Source: an uncultured Acidobacteriota bacterium (GTDB taxonomy: Bacteria > Acidobacteriota > Vicinamibacteria > Vicinamibacterales > JAKQTR01). Taken from it: a DNA stretch of 64,000 nucleotides. The DNA lies in assembly GCA_963813325.1 (NCBI GenBank), contig CAWEYM010000001.1, positions 234,523 to 298,522 on the forward strand. The letters are read 5' to 3'. Of the stretch, positions 41,746 to 50,428 are shown piece after piece. Within the stretch, counting starts at the first letter, position 1. Each line of letters opens with the position of its first letter. Made by a program: the position numbers and the translations under genes. The notes beneath the pieces are model-generated. The model worked only from the letters and a program-made list of their open reading frames with translations. It was not told the origin of the DNA and did no database searches.

Positions 41746-43413
41746 ATGCGCCCGCTGCTGCGTCCGCGCCGCTTCATTCCTGCCCTGCTTGCCGTAGCCG
41801 TGGCGGTACCGTTCATTGGGATGGCGCAGGCCCCCGACGATCATGCCCGCCCGCTGAAGTGGGACCCCGCGACCCGGGGACGCCTGCTCGTGGCGCCGGC
41901 GTCGATCGGCGATCTGCGCGCCTGGGACGTGCAGGTCGGGCGGATGCTCCGCGACGGGTCCCTGCACGTTCGCGCCTCGGAGGACGACCCGATGTTGCCC
42001 GGGCGCACGCACGAGCACCTCGACCAGTACTTCGGCGGGGTGCGCGTGTTCGGCGCCAACCTCACGCGCCAGGCGGACCGCGGGCAGACCGTGTCGGTCT
42101 TCGGCGTGTTGTACGCGGGGATCGCGATCGACACCACGCCCACGCTGTCGAGTGACGACGCCGCCGCCGTCGTCGCGAAGGTCGCCGGCGCCGCGCCGGG
42201 CCCCGGCCGGGCGCCGGAACTGGTCGTGCTGCCGCGCGACGAAGGAGGCTACGTGCTCGCCTGGCGCGCCCGCGTGATGACGAGGGGCGACCTCCGCGTC
42301 TACTTCATCGACGCCCGGACCGGCGCGGTGGCCCTCGAGTACAGCGATCTCCAGACGGCGGTGGGCACGGGCACCGGCGTCCTGAACGACACGAAGAAGC
42401 TCAGCACCACCGAGCGGAACGGCCAGTACCTGGCGTGGGACCAGCTCCGGCCGGCGCGCCTGTACACCTTCGACATGAAGGGCAACCTGCAGCGCACCGA
42501 GGACTTCCTCGACGGCCGCCTCACCCTGTCGGAGAGCGACATCAGCGCGGACACCGACGACGAGTGGACCGACCCGGCGACGGTCGATGCCCACGCCTAC
42601 GCCGGCTGGACCTACGACTACTACTACAAGCGCTTTGACCGGCGGGGGCTCGACAACCGCAACCTGTCGATGTCGAGCCTGGTGCACCCGGTCCGCCGCG
42701 AGGACGCCGCCAGCGCGCCGAGCGACGTGCTCGGCCTCTACTACCTGAATGCCTTCTACGCAGGCTACGGGATCATGGTGTACGGCGAGGGCCTGCCAGC
42801 CAACCTGACTGCCGGCGGCCTGCACTGGAACTACTTCGCCGGCGCGCTCGACGTGGTGGCGCACGAACTGACCCACGGCGTCACCGACTACTCATCCAAC
42901 CTCATCTACCGGAACGAACCCGGCGCGCTGAACGAGGCGTTCTCCGACATGATGGGCACGAGCGTCGAGTTCTACTTCCAGGACGTCGGCGTCGGCTACA
43001 TGAAGGCCGACTACCTGCTCGGCGAGGATCTGACCAGCCCGATGTCGGCATTCAGGTCCATGGCCAACCCGCAGGCCTACGGCGACCCGGACCACTATTC
43101 GCGGCGGTACCTGGGCACCGCCGACAACGGCGGCGTCCACATCAACTCCGGCATCGCCAACAACGCCTTCTACCTCGCGATCGAGGGCGGCACCAATCGC
43201 ACCTCGGGCCTGCCGGTCCAGGGCGTGGGCAGCGCCAACCGCGAGCAGATCGAAAAGGTCTTCTACCGCGCCTTCACCCAGCTGCTGCCGTCGAACGCGT
43301 CGTTCTCGGTCGCCCGCGCCGCCTGCATCCAGGCTGCCCGCGACCTGTACGGCGCCGGCAGCGCGCCCGAACGGTCCATCGTCCAGGCGTGGACGGCGGT
43401 GGGCGTCAACTGA
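41746..43413 (+). CDS. Secreted M4-family (thermolysin-like) metalloprotease
   Basis: 555 aa with a signal peptide. Motifs are VVAHELTHGVTD (HEXXH) and GALNEAFSD. A propeptide-like region precedes the catalytic domain. Confidence 0.9.
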   Translation: MRPLLRPRRFIPALLAVAVAVPFIGMAQAPDDHARPLKWDPATRGRLLVAPASIGDLRAWDVQVGRMLRDGSLHVRASEDDPMLPGRTHEHLDQYFGGVRVFGANLTRQADRGQTVSVFGVLYAGIAIDTTPTLSSDDAAAVVAKVAGAAPGPGRAPELVVLPRDEGGYVLAWRARVMTRGDLRVYFIDARTGAVALEYSDLQTAVGTGTGVLNDTKKLSTTERNGQYLAWDQLRPARLYTFDMKGNLQRTEDFLDGRLTLSESDISADTDDEWTDPATVDAHAYAGWTYDYYYKRFDRRGLDNRNLSMSSLVHPVRREDAASAPSDVLGLYYLNAFYAGYGIMVYGEGLPANLTAGGLHWNYFAGALDVVAHELTHGVTDYSSNLIYRNEPGALNEAFSDMMGTSVEFYFQDVGVGYMKADYLLGEDLTSPMSAFRSMANPQAYGDPDHYSRRYLGTADNGGVHINSGIANNAFYLAIEGGTNRTSGLPVQGVGSANREQIEKVFYRAFTQLLPSNASFSVARAACIQAARDLYGAGSAPERSIVQAWTAVGVN

Positions 43414-43445
43414 GCCGGCCGCGGCGACCTCCCGAGGACGAACGC

Positions 43446-44219
43446 ATGACCCGACACCCGGTAATCCCTCTCGTGGTGGCGGCTTCGCTCGCCATCGGCG
43501 TCGCGCACGCGGCCGCGCAGGCGCCGCTGTCCCCGGCCGGACCGGGCTGGGAGGCCCGCGGCTTCGTCAGCATCGACGCGGGCGCACAGGTGACGGCGTC
43601 GACGTTCACCTCGACCGTGCCGTTCGACCTGTACGCCGAATCGACGACCTTCGACGCCACGTACGACGTCCGGCCCGGCGCCTTCGTCAGCGGGCGGGCC
43701 GGCATCCGCCTGTGGCGGAACGTCGCGGTCGGCGTCGGCGTGTCGGGCTACAGCAGGTCCGGCGCGGCCGCGGTCAGCGCGCAACTGCCCCACCCGTTCC
43801 ACTTCAACCGCCGCCGCGCGATCAGCGGATCGGCCGACGGCCTCGCGCGAAGCGAGGTCGGGCTGCATGTCGAGGTCAGCTATGTCCTCCCGCTCGGCGA
43901 CAAGCTGGACGTGATGGTCTTCGGGGGGCCGAGCGTCATCACCGTGTCGCAGCAGCTCGCCACGCGCGTGACGTTCTCCGAGAGCTACCCCTTCGACACG
44001 GCCTCCTACACGGGCGTCGATTCGAGGTCCTTCAGCAAGGCGGCCACGGGCTTCAACGCCGGCGCCGACGTCGGTTACATGCTGTCGAAGTCGTTCGGCG
44101 TCGGCGGGCTGATCCGCTACAGCCGCGCCAGCGTCACCTTCGAGCCCGTCGCCGGACAGAAGACGACCGCCACGGCGGGCGGCCTGCAGCTTGGAGGGGG
44201 CGTCCGCCTCCGGTTCTGA
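43446..44219 (+). CDS. Outer-membrane beta-barrel protein (hypothetical)
   Basis: 257 aa from ATG 43446 with signal peptide MTRHPVIPLVVAASLAIGVAHAAAQA. It shows an alternating beta-strand pattern and ends in ...GGGVRLRF (terminal aromatic). Confidence 0.65.
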   Translation: MTRHPVIPLVVAASLAIGVAHAAAQAPLSPAGPGWEARGFVSIDAGAQVTASTFTSTVPFDLYAESTTFDATYDVRPGAFVSGRAGIRLWRNVAVGVGVSGYSRSGAAAVSAQLPHPFHFNRRRAISGSADGLARSEVGLHVEVSYVLPLGDKLDVMVFGGPSVITVSQQLATRVTFSESYPFDTASYTGVDSRSFSKAATGFNAGADVGYMLSKSFGVGGLIRYSRASVTFEPVAGQKTTATAGGLQLGGGVRLRF

Positions 44220-44222
44220 GCC

Positions 44223-44594
44223 GTGCCCGCCCGCTTCGCGTCCCGCGTGCTGGCCGTCGTCCGGCGCATCCCGCCGGGCCGTCTGGCCACCTACGGGGAC
44301 GTCGCCGCCCTGGCCGGACGCCCGCGCGCCGCGCGCGCGGTGGGCAATGTCATGCGGGGGTGCGCAGACGCCTCGGTGCCCTGCCACCGGGTGGTGGCCG
44401 CTGGCGGCCGTCTGGGCGGATTCGGCGGCAATCCGGCCCTCAAGCGCAGCCTGCTGCGCGCCGAAGGCCTGATCGTGGTGGGCGCCCGTATCAGGCGCTG
44501 GACCGACCACCGGTGGCCAGAGGCCGGGCTTTCGTCCGCGCGAGGGGGGCGCCGGCGGGGGAACAACGGCCCTCGGGCGAACGTATCCCGGTAG
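44223..44594 (+). CDS. MGMT-family DNA-binding-domain protein that retains the PCHRV active-site motif
   Basis: GTG start, 3 nt after the upstream stop. Blocks are IPPGRLATYGDVAALAG and VPCHRVV. The Arg/Gly-rich tail may overextend the true C-terminus. Confidence 0.7.
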   Translation: MPARFASRVLAVVRRIPPGRLATYGDVAALAGRPRAARAVGNVMRGCADASVPCHRVVAAGGRLGGFGGNPALKRSLLRAEGLIVVGARIRRWTDHRWPEAGLSSARGGRRRGNNGPRANVSR

Positions 44595-44650
44595 CAGAAA
44601 GCAGAACGTCTTCACCGCCAGTCGCTGTGCGCGGGCAACCCCAGGCACCC

Positions 44651-45295
44651 ATGATCTCGTCTGAAAGACAGCAGGCCGTCCGGACCGAGCGGGATGTGGT
44701 CGACGGATGCCGCCGCGGCGAGCTCCCCGCGTTCGAGGATCTCTACCGCGAGCACGGCAGCCGGCTCTACAACCTGGCGTACCGGATGACCGGCAGTTCG
44801 GCCGACGCGGAGGACCTGTTGCAGGAGATCTTCCTGCAGGTGTACCGCCGGCTGGACAGCTTCCGGGGCGAGTCGGCGCTGGGCACGTGGCTCTACCGCC
44901 TGGCGACGAACCACTGCCTGGACTGGCTCCGGAGCAAGCAGGGGAAGCAGCAGCACGCCACCGCGTCGATCGAGGATCTCGAAGGGTTCGAGCCGGCCGC
45001 CAGCGGGGCGTGGCGGCCCGATACGGCGCTGGACCGGCTGGATCTCGAGCGAGCCATCCAGCAACTGCCGCCGAGCTACCGGTCGGCCTTCGTGCTGCAC
45101 GACGTGGAAGGGTTCGAGCACGGCGAAGTGGGACGCCTGCTGGGAATCGCCGAGGGCACGTCGAAGTCCCTCGTGCACAAGGCGCGGCGGCGGCTGCGGG
45201 TGCTGCTGCGCGGGGCGGCGGCGGGGCCGGCGGTCGCGCCGGCCGACGTCGTCACCTTTCCCGGCAGGACCCGGACGCCTGAAGACGTACCATGA
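44651..45295 (+). CDS. ECF (sigma-70 family, group IV) RNA polymerase sigma factor
   Basis: 214 aa from ATG 44651. Region 2 is DAEDLLQEIFLQVYRRLDSFRGESALGTWLYRLATNHCLDWLR and region 4 is LPPSYRSAFVLHDVEGFEHGEVGRLLGIAEGTSKSLVHKARRRL. Confidence 0.9.
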   Translation: MISSERQQAVRTERDVVDGCRRGELPAFEDLYREHGSRLYNLAYRMTGSSADAEDLLQEIFLQVYRRLDSFRGESALGTWLYRLATNHCLDWLRSKQGKQQHATASIEDLEGFEPAASGAWRPDTALDRLDLERAIQQLPPSYRSAFVLHDVEGFEHGEVGRLLGIAEGTSKSLVHKARRRLRVLLRGAAAGPAVAPADVVTFPGRTRTPEDVP

Positions 45296-46065
45296 GCGAC
45301 GCGCCAACGACCAATCGCGACTGTGAGATCTACCGCGCGTGGGCCGACGCCGCCCTCGATGGCGATCTGACGCCGGAGGAGCAGGCTGAGCTCGAGCGGC
45401 ACCTCGCGGCCTGCCCCGCGTGCCGGGGCTACACGGCCGACATGCGGCAGATCCGCCAGGCGGCGGCCCGGCTGCCCCGCATGGCGCCCGGGCCTGAGGC
45501 CTGGGCCGGGATTGCCGCGCGCCTCGAGCAGGAGCGCGACGCGGGCCGGGCCCGGGGATGGCGCGCGCCGCTGATGATCCTCGCGGTCGCGGCGCTGCTC
45601 GTGCTGGCGGTGGCGTCGAGCCTGCTGCTGTTGCGCGGACCGGCCGCCCCCTCGCAGCCGGCCCCACGCACCGCGGGCGCCGGGGCGCCGGCCGCGGGCA
45701 GCCCAGTGCACGCGCCGGACAGTGATCTCGTCAAAAGCGTGGACGAGGAGCTGAGGCTGGCCGAAGCGCACTACGACAAAGCCATCGCCGGGCTCGAACA
45801 GATCGCCAAGGCCGGGCAGTCGTCGCTCGATCCCCAGGTGGCCGCGACGCTGCAGAAGAACCTGGGCATCATCGACCAGGCGATCCAGGAGAGCCGGGTC
45901 GCGTTGAAGAGCCAGCCCAACAGCCAACTCGCCCAGGAGAGCCTGTTCGAGGCCCTCCGTCGCAAGGTGGCGCTGCTCGAGGACACCGTCTCGCTCATCA
46001 ACGAGATGCGCAAGGGAAACCAGGCCGGGGCGGCGCGCGTGATCCAGGGATTCAACAAGTCATGA
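45292..46065 (+). CDS. Anti-sigma factor (zf-HC2 type, single TM)
   Basis: ATGA overlap with the sigma-factor gene. It has an H-x3-C-x2-C motif (HLAACPACRG) and a central TM segment (LMILAVAALLVLAVASSLLLL). Confidence 0.8.
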   Translation: MSDAPTTNRDCEIYRAWADAALDGDLTPEEQAELERHLAACPACRGYTADMRQIRQAAARLPRMAPGPEAWAGIAARLEQERDAGRARGWRAPLMILAVAALLVLAVASSLLLLRGPAAPSQPAPRTAGAGAPAAGSPVHAPDSDLVKSVDEELRLAEAHYDKAIAGLEQIAKAGQSSLDPQVAATLQKNLGIIDQAIQESRVALKSQPNSQLAQESLFEALRRKVALLEDTVSLINEMRKGNQAGAARVIQGFNKS

Positions 46066-47042
46066 GCACATCGATCATGAAGACCAAGGCACTCCTCGCC
46101 CCATCGCTGGCTCTCGGGCTCGCTCTCGCGGCGATCCCCCTTCGTGCGGCGCCGGCGGACCCAGGCTGGTCCGATCAGCAGCAGACCGAGCGGTTCTCCA
46201 AGTCCGTCACCCTCGGCGCCACCGGCTCGTTCCTGCTCGCCAACATCTCGGGCGACATCGTGGTCACCGGAGGCGCGGGCACCCAGATCCAGATCGAGGC
46301 CATCAAGAAGGGCCGCACCACCACGGATCTCCAGAATGCCAGGATCGACGTCACGGAGAGCGCCGGGCGCGTCGAGGTCCGGGTCGAGTACCCGCGCGAC
46401 ACGCGGAACGCGGCGGCGGTGGATTTCACCGTCACGGTGCCGAAGGGCGCCGAGGTCTCGCTGAAGTCCGTGTCGGGCGACATCAAGGTGAGCGGCATCG
46501 ACGGTGATCTCCGGGCTGAAACCGTGAGCGGCGACGTGACCGTGGACGCCTCAGCCCGCCTGGACACGGCCAAGACCGTGTCCGGGAACGTGACCGTCCA
46601 GTCGGCCTCCTCGCCCGACACGCTGACGGCCGGGTCGGTGAGCGGCGACGTGTCCCTGCGGGGCGTCAAGGCGCGGAGCCTCGAGGCCGGGAGCGTGAGC
46701 GGCGAGATCCGGCTCATCGACGTGACCTGCGAGCGGGCGACCGCCAAGTCGGTGAGCGGCGACCTGACCTTCGAGGGTCCGCTCGCCAAGGGAGGCCGCT
46801 ACGAGCTGACGTCGCACTCCGGCGATGTCGTCGTGCGGACGGGCGACACGGTCGGGTTCGAGCTGAGCGCCAACACGTTCAGCGGCGACATCAACAGCGA
46901 CCTGCCGATCAACATGCGGTTCGGCGGCGACGAGGGCCGGCGGTCGCGCCGCCGCCAGGAGATCCGCGGGACCTACGGCGACGGGTCGGCCATGCTGACG
47001 GTGACCAGCTTCAGCGGGAACATCCGGATCGTGAAGCGGTAG
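46062..47042 (+). CDS. DUF4097-type beta-strand-repeat (putative adhesin) lipoprotein/secreted protein
   Basis: ATGA overlap with the anti-sigma gene. The unit SVSGD(I/V)x(V/L) recurs about 8 times. Confidence 0.8.
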   Translation: MSTSIMKTKALLAPSLALGLALAAIPLRAAPADPGWSDQQQTERFSKSVTLGATGSFLLANISGDIVVTGGAGTQIQIEAIKKGRTTTDLQNARIDVTESAGRVEVRVEYPRDTRNAAAVDFTVTVPKGAEVSLKSVSGDIKVSGIDGDLRAETVSGDVTVDASARLDTAKTVSGNVTVQSASSPDTLTAGSVSGDVSLRGVKARSLEAGSVSGEIRLIDVTCERATAKSVSGDLTFEGPLAKGGRYELTSHSGDVVVRTGDTVGFELSANTFSGDINSDLPINMRFGGDEGRRSRRRQEIRGTYGDGSAMLTVTSFSGNIRIVKR

Positions 47043-47093
47043 CTGGTCGCTGCGTGGCGTGCCGCAAGCCGCACGTCGCGAGCCGGTGCAAGG

Positions 47094-47121
47094 CCGTGCG
47101 CCGTGCGCCGTTCGCCGTTCA
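47094..47121. repeat. Heptamer tandem repeat (CCGTGCG CCGTGCG CCGTTCG CCGTTCA)
   Basis: Four contiguous 7-nt units. The last unit contains the stop codon (47119-47121, minus strand) of the ABC gene. The same CCGTTCG heptamer is tandemly repeated at 61377-61397. Confidence 0.8.
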
Positions 47122-48948
47122 GATTGGAGAGCCGGCACCAGCCGGCTCTCCGTGCGTACGGGCCGCCGGGGCGGCCGCCACGGCGGCGCCTTCCTGGTCC
47201 TTGTACTGGAGCTGGTAGAGGCGGTAGTAGATTCCCCGCGCGGCGAGCAGTTCCTGGTGCGAACCGGCCTCGCGGAGCTGCCCCTTGTGCAGCACCAGGA
47301 TCTTGTCCATGTCCTGGATGGTCGACAGCCGGTGGGCGATGGCGATCGTCGTCCGGCCCTGCATGAGCACGTGCAGGGCGTCGCGGATGAGCAACTCGGT
47401 TTCCGTGTCGACGCTCGAGGTCGCCTCGTCGAGGATCAGGACGCGGGGATCGAACGCGAGCGCGCGGGCGAACGACAGGAGCTGCTTCTGGCCCACCGAG
47501 AGCGTGGCCCCGCGCTCGGCGACAGGCGTGTCGAGCCCCTGCGGCAGGCGATCCACGAACCGATCGGCGTGCACGGCCTCCACCGCGGCCCGCAGCCGCG
47601 CGGCGCCGATCCCGTCGTCGCCGAGCCGCACGTTGCTCGCGATGGTCCCGGAGAACAGGTGCACGTCCTGCAGGACGAGGCTGAAGTGCCGGCGCAGGGC
47701 CGCGAGATCCATGGAGCGGACGTCGACGCCGTCCACCAGGATCCGGCCCCGGCCGACGTCGTAGAAGCGCATCAGCAGGTTGATCAGCGTCGACTTGCCG
47801 GCGCCGGTCGCGCCCACGATGCCGACCCGCTCGCCCGGGCGCACCTCGAACGACACGTCCCGCAGCACGAAGTCCTCGCCGGCGTAGGCGAACCACACGC
47901 CGTCGAACACCACGTGCCCGCGGCCCGGGGCCGGGGTCGGCGCCGCGGGACTCACGATCGCGACGGGCGTGTCGAGCAGCGTGAAGATGCGCTCGGAGGA
48001 CGCCATCGCCGCCTGGAGCACGTTGAACTTCTCGGACATGTCCGAGATGGGGCGGAAGAAGCGCTGGGAGTACTGAAGGAAGGCCACCAGCGAACCCAGC
48101 GTGAGCGTGCCCCGGAGCACCCACCCGCCGCCCCACCAGATGATCAGGGCCGAGGCCAGCGCGCCGACGATCTCGACGGCCGGGTAGAACACGGCATAGT
48201 AGAAGATCGAGTCGATGTTGGCGTCCCGGTGCGCGCGGTTGATCCCGTCGAAGGCGGCGAAGTTGCGCGCCTGGCGCCCGAACAGCTGCACGGTCGCCAT
48301 GCCCGTGATGTTCTCCTGCAGGAAGGCATTGATCCGGGCGATCCACGTGCGGACCGTCCGGTACGAGTCGCGCACGTTGCGGCGGAACCACTGCGTGATG
48401 GCCACGATCAGCGGCAGCACCGAAAAGGCCACCAGCGCCAGCCGCCAGTCCATCGCCAGCAGCACGACCATGATCCCGACCAGCGTGAACACGTCGCCGA
48501 ACACCGACACGACGCCCGACGTGAACAGGTCGTTGAGGACGTCGACGTCCGTCGTGACGCGCGTCATCAGGCGCCCGACCGGGTTACGATCGTAAAAGGC
48601 CACGTCCAGCCGCTGCAGGTGCCGGTAGACCTGCATGCGCAGATCGAACATGATCCGCTGGCCGGTCATCTGCAGGATCCAGGTCTGCGCGAACTCGAGC
48701 ACGAAGGAGGACACGAGGATGAGCAGAAACCACAGGGCGATGCGGTTCAGGCCCTGCAGGTCGCCGGTCGCAATGTACCGGTCGATCGCCAGCTTCATCA
48801 GGTAGGGCTGCGCCAGCTGCAGCACCGAGCCGCCGATGATCGCCGCGAGCGCGACCAGCGCCTGCAGCCAGTACGGTCGCAGGTAGCCCATCAGCCGCCG
48901 CATCAGGGCGGCGTCGTAGGCCTGGCCGAGAACTTCTTCTTCCTGCAC
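47119..48948 (-). CDS. ABC exporter, fused permease/ATPase half-transporter (MdlB-like)
   Basis: 609 aa with a GTG start. It has six N-terminal TM segments, Walker A GATGAGKST, signature LSVGQKQ and Walker B ILILDEAT. Confidence 0.9.
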   Translation of the reverse strand: MQEEEVLGQAYDAALMRRLMGYLRPYWLQALVALAAIIGGSVLQLAQPYLMKLAIDRYIATGDLQGLNRIALWFLLILVSSFVLEFAQTWILQMTGQRIMFDLRMQVYRHLQRLDVAFYDRNPVGRLMTRVTTDVDVLNDLFTSGVVSVFGDVFTLVGIMVVLLAMDWRLALVAFSVLPLIVAITQWFRRNVRDSYRTVRTWIARINAFLQENITGMATVQLFGRQARNFAAFDGINRAHRDANIDSIFYYAVFYPAVEIVGALASALIIWWGGGWVLRGTLTLGSLVAFLQYSQRFFRPISDMSEKFNVLQAAMASSERIFTLLDTPVAIVSPAAPTPAPGRGHVVFDGVWFAYAGEDFVLRDVSFEVRPGERVGIVGATGAGKSTLINLLMRFYDVGRGRILVDGVDVRSMDLAALRRHFSLVLQDVHLFSGTIASNVRLGDDGIGAARLRAAVEAVHADRFVDRLPQGLDTPVAERGATLSVGQKQLLSFARALAFDPRVLILDEATSSVDTETELLIRDALHVLMQGRTTIAIAHRLSTIQDMDKILVLHKGQLREAGSHQELLAARGIYYRLYQLQYKDQEGAAVAAAPAARTHGEPAGAGSPI

Positions 48949-48955
48949 GGGGATC

Positions 48956-48999
48956 TCAGTTGTCAGCGGTCAGTCTTCAGTTATCAGGTATCAGCTCTC
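48956..48999. repeat. Heptad array, TCAGNNN x 6-7
   Basis: TCAG recurs at 48956, 48964, 48971, 48978, 48985, 48992 and 48999. The spacing is 8 nt once and then 7 nt. Confidence 0.85.
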
Positions 49000-50323
49000 A
49001 GTAGTGTCCGGTTAGAAGTCGAACAGAATCAATTGGTTGGGGTGGTTGGGTGGTTCTGATTGGGATCGATCGGTCTGCAAGGCGCATGAAACCTCGGTTT
49101 TCTCGAAGATCGAGACCGACAAGATCTGTAGACAGGTGTAGAGCGACGCATCGAGATGGCATTCCTTCTTGACGATGGCGATCAGCACGTAGGTGGCGAC
49201 GGCGCACCAGATCTGCGTCTTGACGGCGTTCTCGCTGGTGCCCAGGAATCGCTTGATGCGGAGGTGCTGCTTGATCCATTTGAAGAAAAGCTCCACCTGC
49301 CAGCGGCTCTTGTAGAGCGCGCAGATTGTGAGCGCCGGCAGCACGGTGTTGTTGGTCAGGAACACCAGGGTTTTGCCCGACGCACGATCCGTGAAACGGA
49401 TGCGCCGCAGATGCTCCGGGTAGTGCTTGGCCGAGTAGAATCCATTGAGCATGACGCGCTGATCGCAGATCACGCCGCTGGTCCGATCCGTGGGTGCCGA
49501 ATACACGCGCCGCGCGTCCAGTCCCACCCTGGCGCGGGTGACAAAGAACGCCGCGGCTTGGTGCATCGCGTACAACCGCTCGAAGTCCAGGTAGCCGCGG
49601 TCCATCACGTAGAAGGCGCCCGCTTCGACGGGCAGGATGTCCAGGACATTGACATCGTGCAGCTTGCCGTCGCTGATGTGGATAAACGCGGGAATCGACC
49701 CTCGCAGATCGAGCAGCGTGTGGACCTTCACCGCCGCTTTGGTCGAGCGAAACGGCGCCCAGTCGAACAAGCTCAGACACAGATCGATGGTGGTCGAATC
49801 CAACGCGTAGATGGTCGTGTCGAGATCCACCAGCGACGGCTCCTGGGCGTACAGCATTCTGGCCCGGGCGATCAGGCGCTGCGCCAGCGCATGGTAGATG
49901 CGCCAGTCGCGCAGATTCAGGGCATCGGCCAGTGTCGATCGCGCCGGCGGCCCCTTCAACCCCATGTGGAACAGCTTCGTCTGATTGGCGGCCAGGCAGG
50001 CTTCGATATCTCGCAGCGATTCGCGCCACGTGAGCTGCGCGAACGCCATCACGCGAAACAAGTCGGCGCAGCCCAACGTCCGGACGCTCGCATCGCCCTG
50101 GTGACGGTCGATGATGCGTCCGAAGGTCTTCCACGGCACGAACTCCATCACCTGCGCGAACAGCGTCTTGCCCAGATTCATGCGTCACCCCAGGTCGTTC
50201 CGACCCGTGAGCATCGCAAACACGCCGGGCGCACTTCAAATCGTGGACACCCATGTAACGCTCGAACACCGCATCACCATTGGTGTTGCGGTCGGTCGCA
50301 GTCAGATGAACCGGACACTACTG
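49000..50323 (-). mobile_element. Intact IS4-family insertion sequence (1324 bp) with 15-bp perfect terminal inverted repeats and a 9-bp target-site duplication
   Basis: The left inverted repeat is CAGTAGTGTCCGGTT at 49000-49014 and the right is AACCGGACACTACTG at 50309-50323. They are flanked by the direct repeat ATCAGCTCT at 48991-48999 and 50324-50332. The element is visibly less GC-rich than its surroundings. Confidence 0.9.
49012..50181 (-). CDS. IS4-family DDE transposase (DUF4372 N-terminal domain)
   Basis: 389 aa. The N-terminus is MNLGKTLFAQVMEFVPWKTFGRIIDRHQGD...MAFAQLTWRESLRDIE. The C-terminal block is YKSRWQVELFFKWIKQHLRIKRFLGTSENAVKTQIW. Confidence 0.9.
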   Translation of the reverse strand: MNLGKTLFAQVMEFVPWKTFGRIIDRHQGDASVRTLGCADLFRVMAFAQLTWRESLRDIEACLAANQTKLFHMGLKGPPARSTLADALNLRDWRIYHALAQRLIARARMLYAQEPSLVDLDTTIYALDSTTIDLCLSLFDWAPFRSTKAAVKVHTLLDLRGSIPAFIHISDGKLHDVNVLDILPVEAGAFYVMDRGYLDFERLYAMHQAAAFFVTRARVGLDARRVYSAPTDRTSGVICDQRVMLNGFYSAKHYPEHLRRIRFTDRASGKTLVFLTNNTVLPALTICALYKSRWQVELFFKWIKQHLRIKRFLGTSENAVKTQIWCAVATYVLIAIVKKECHLDASLYTCLQILSVSIFEKTEVSCALQTDRSQSEPPNHPNQLILFDF

Positions 50324-50332
50324 ATCAGCTCT

Positions 50333-50390
50333 GAGTCTTGAGTTCCGAGTCTCGAGTGCCGATCGTCGCCGATCGTCGCCGATCGCGGCC
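50333..50390. repeat. Heptad array GAGTNNN x4 followed by a 10-mer array GATCGYSGCC x3
   Basis: The heptads are GAGTCTT GAGTTCC GAGTCTC GAGTGCC (50333-50360). They are followed by GATCGTCGCC GATCGTCGCC GATCGCGGCC (50361-50390). Confidence 0.85.
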
Positions 50391-50428
50391 GTGCGCCGCT
50401 CGCCGTGGGCCGTCCGCCGGTCGTCGCC

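Noticed and set aside
50361-50390. A 10-bp tandem repeat (GATCGTCGCC x3), considered as a possible CRISPR-like or minisatellite array
   Set aside because: The units are contiguous with no spacers and far too short for CRISPR. It is reported only as part of the short-period repeat spacer.
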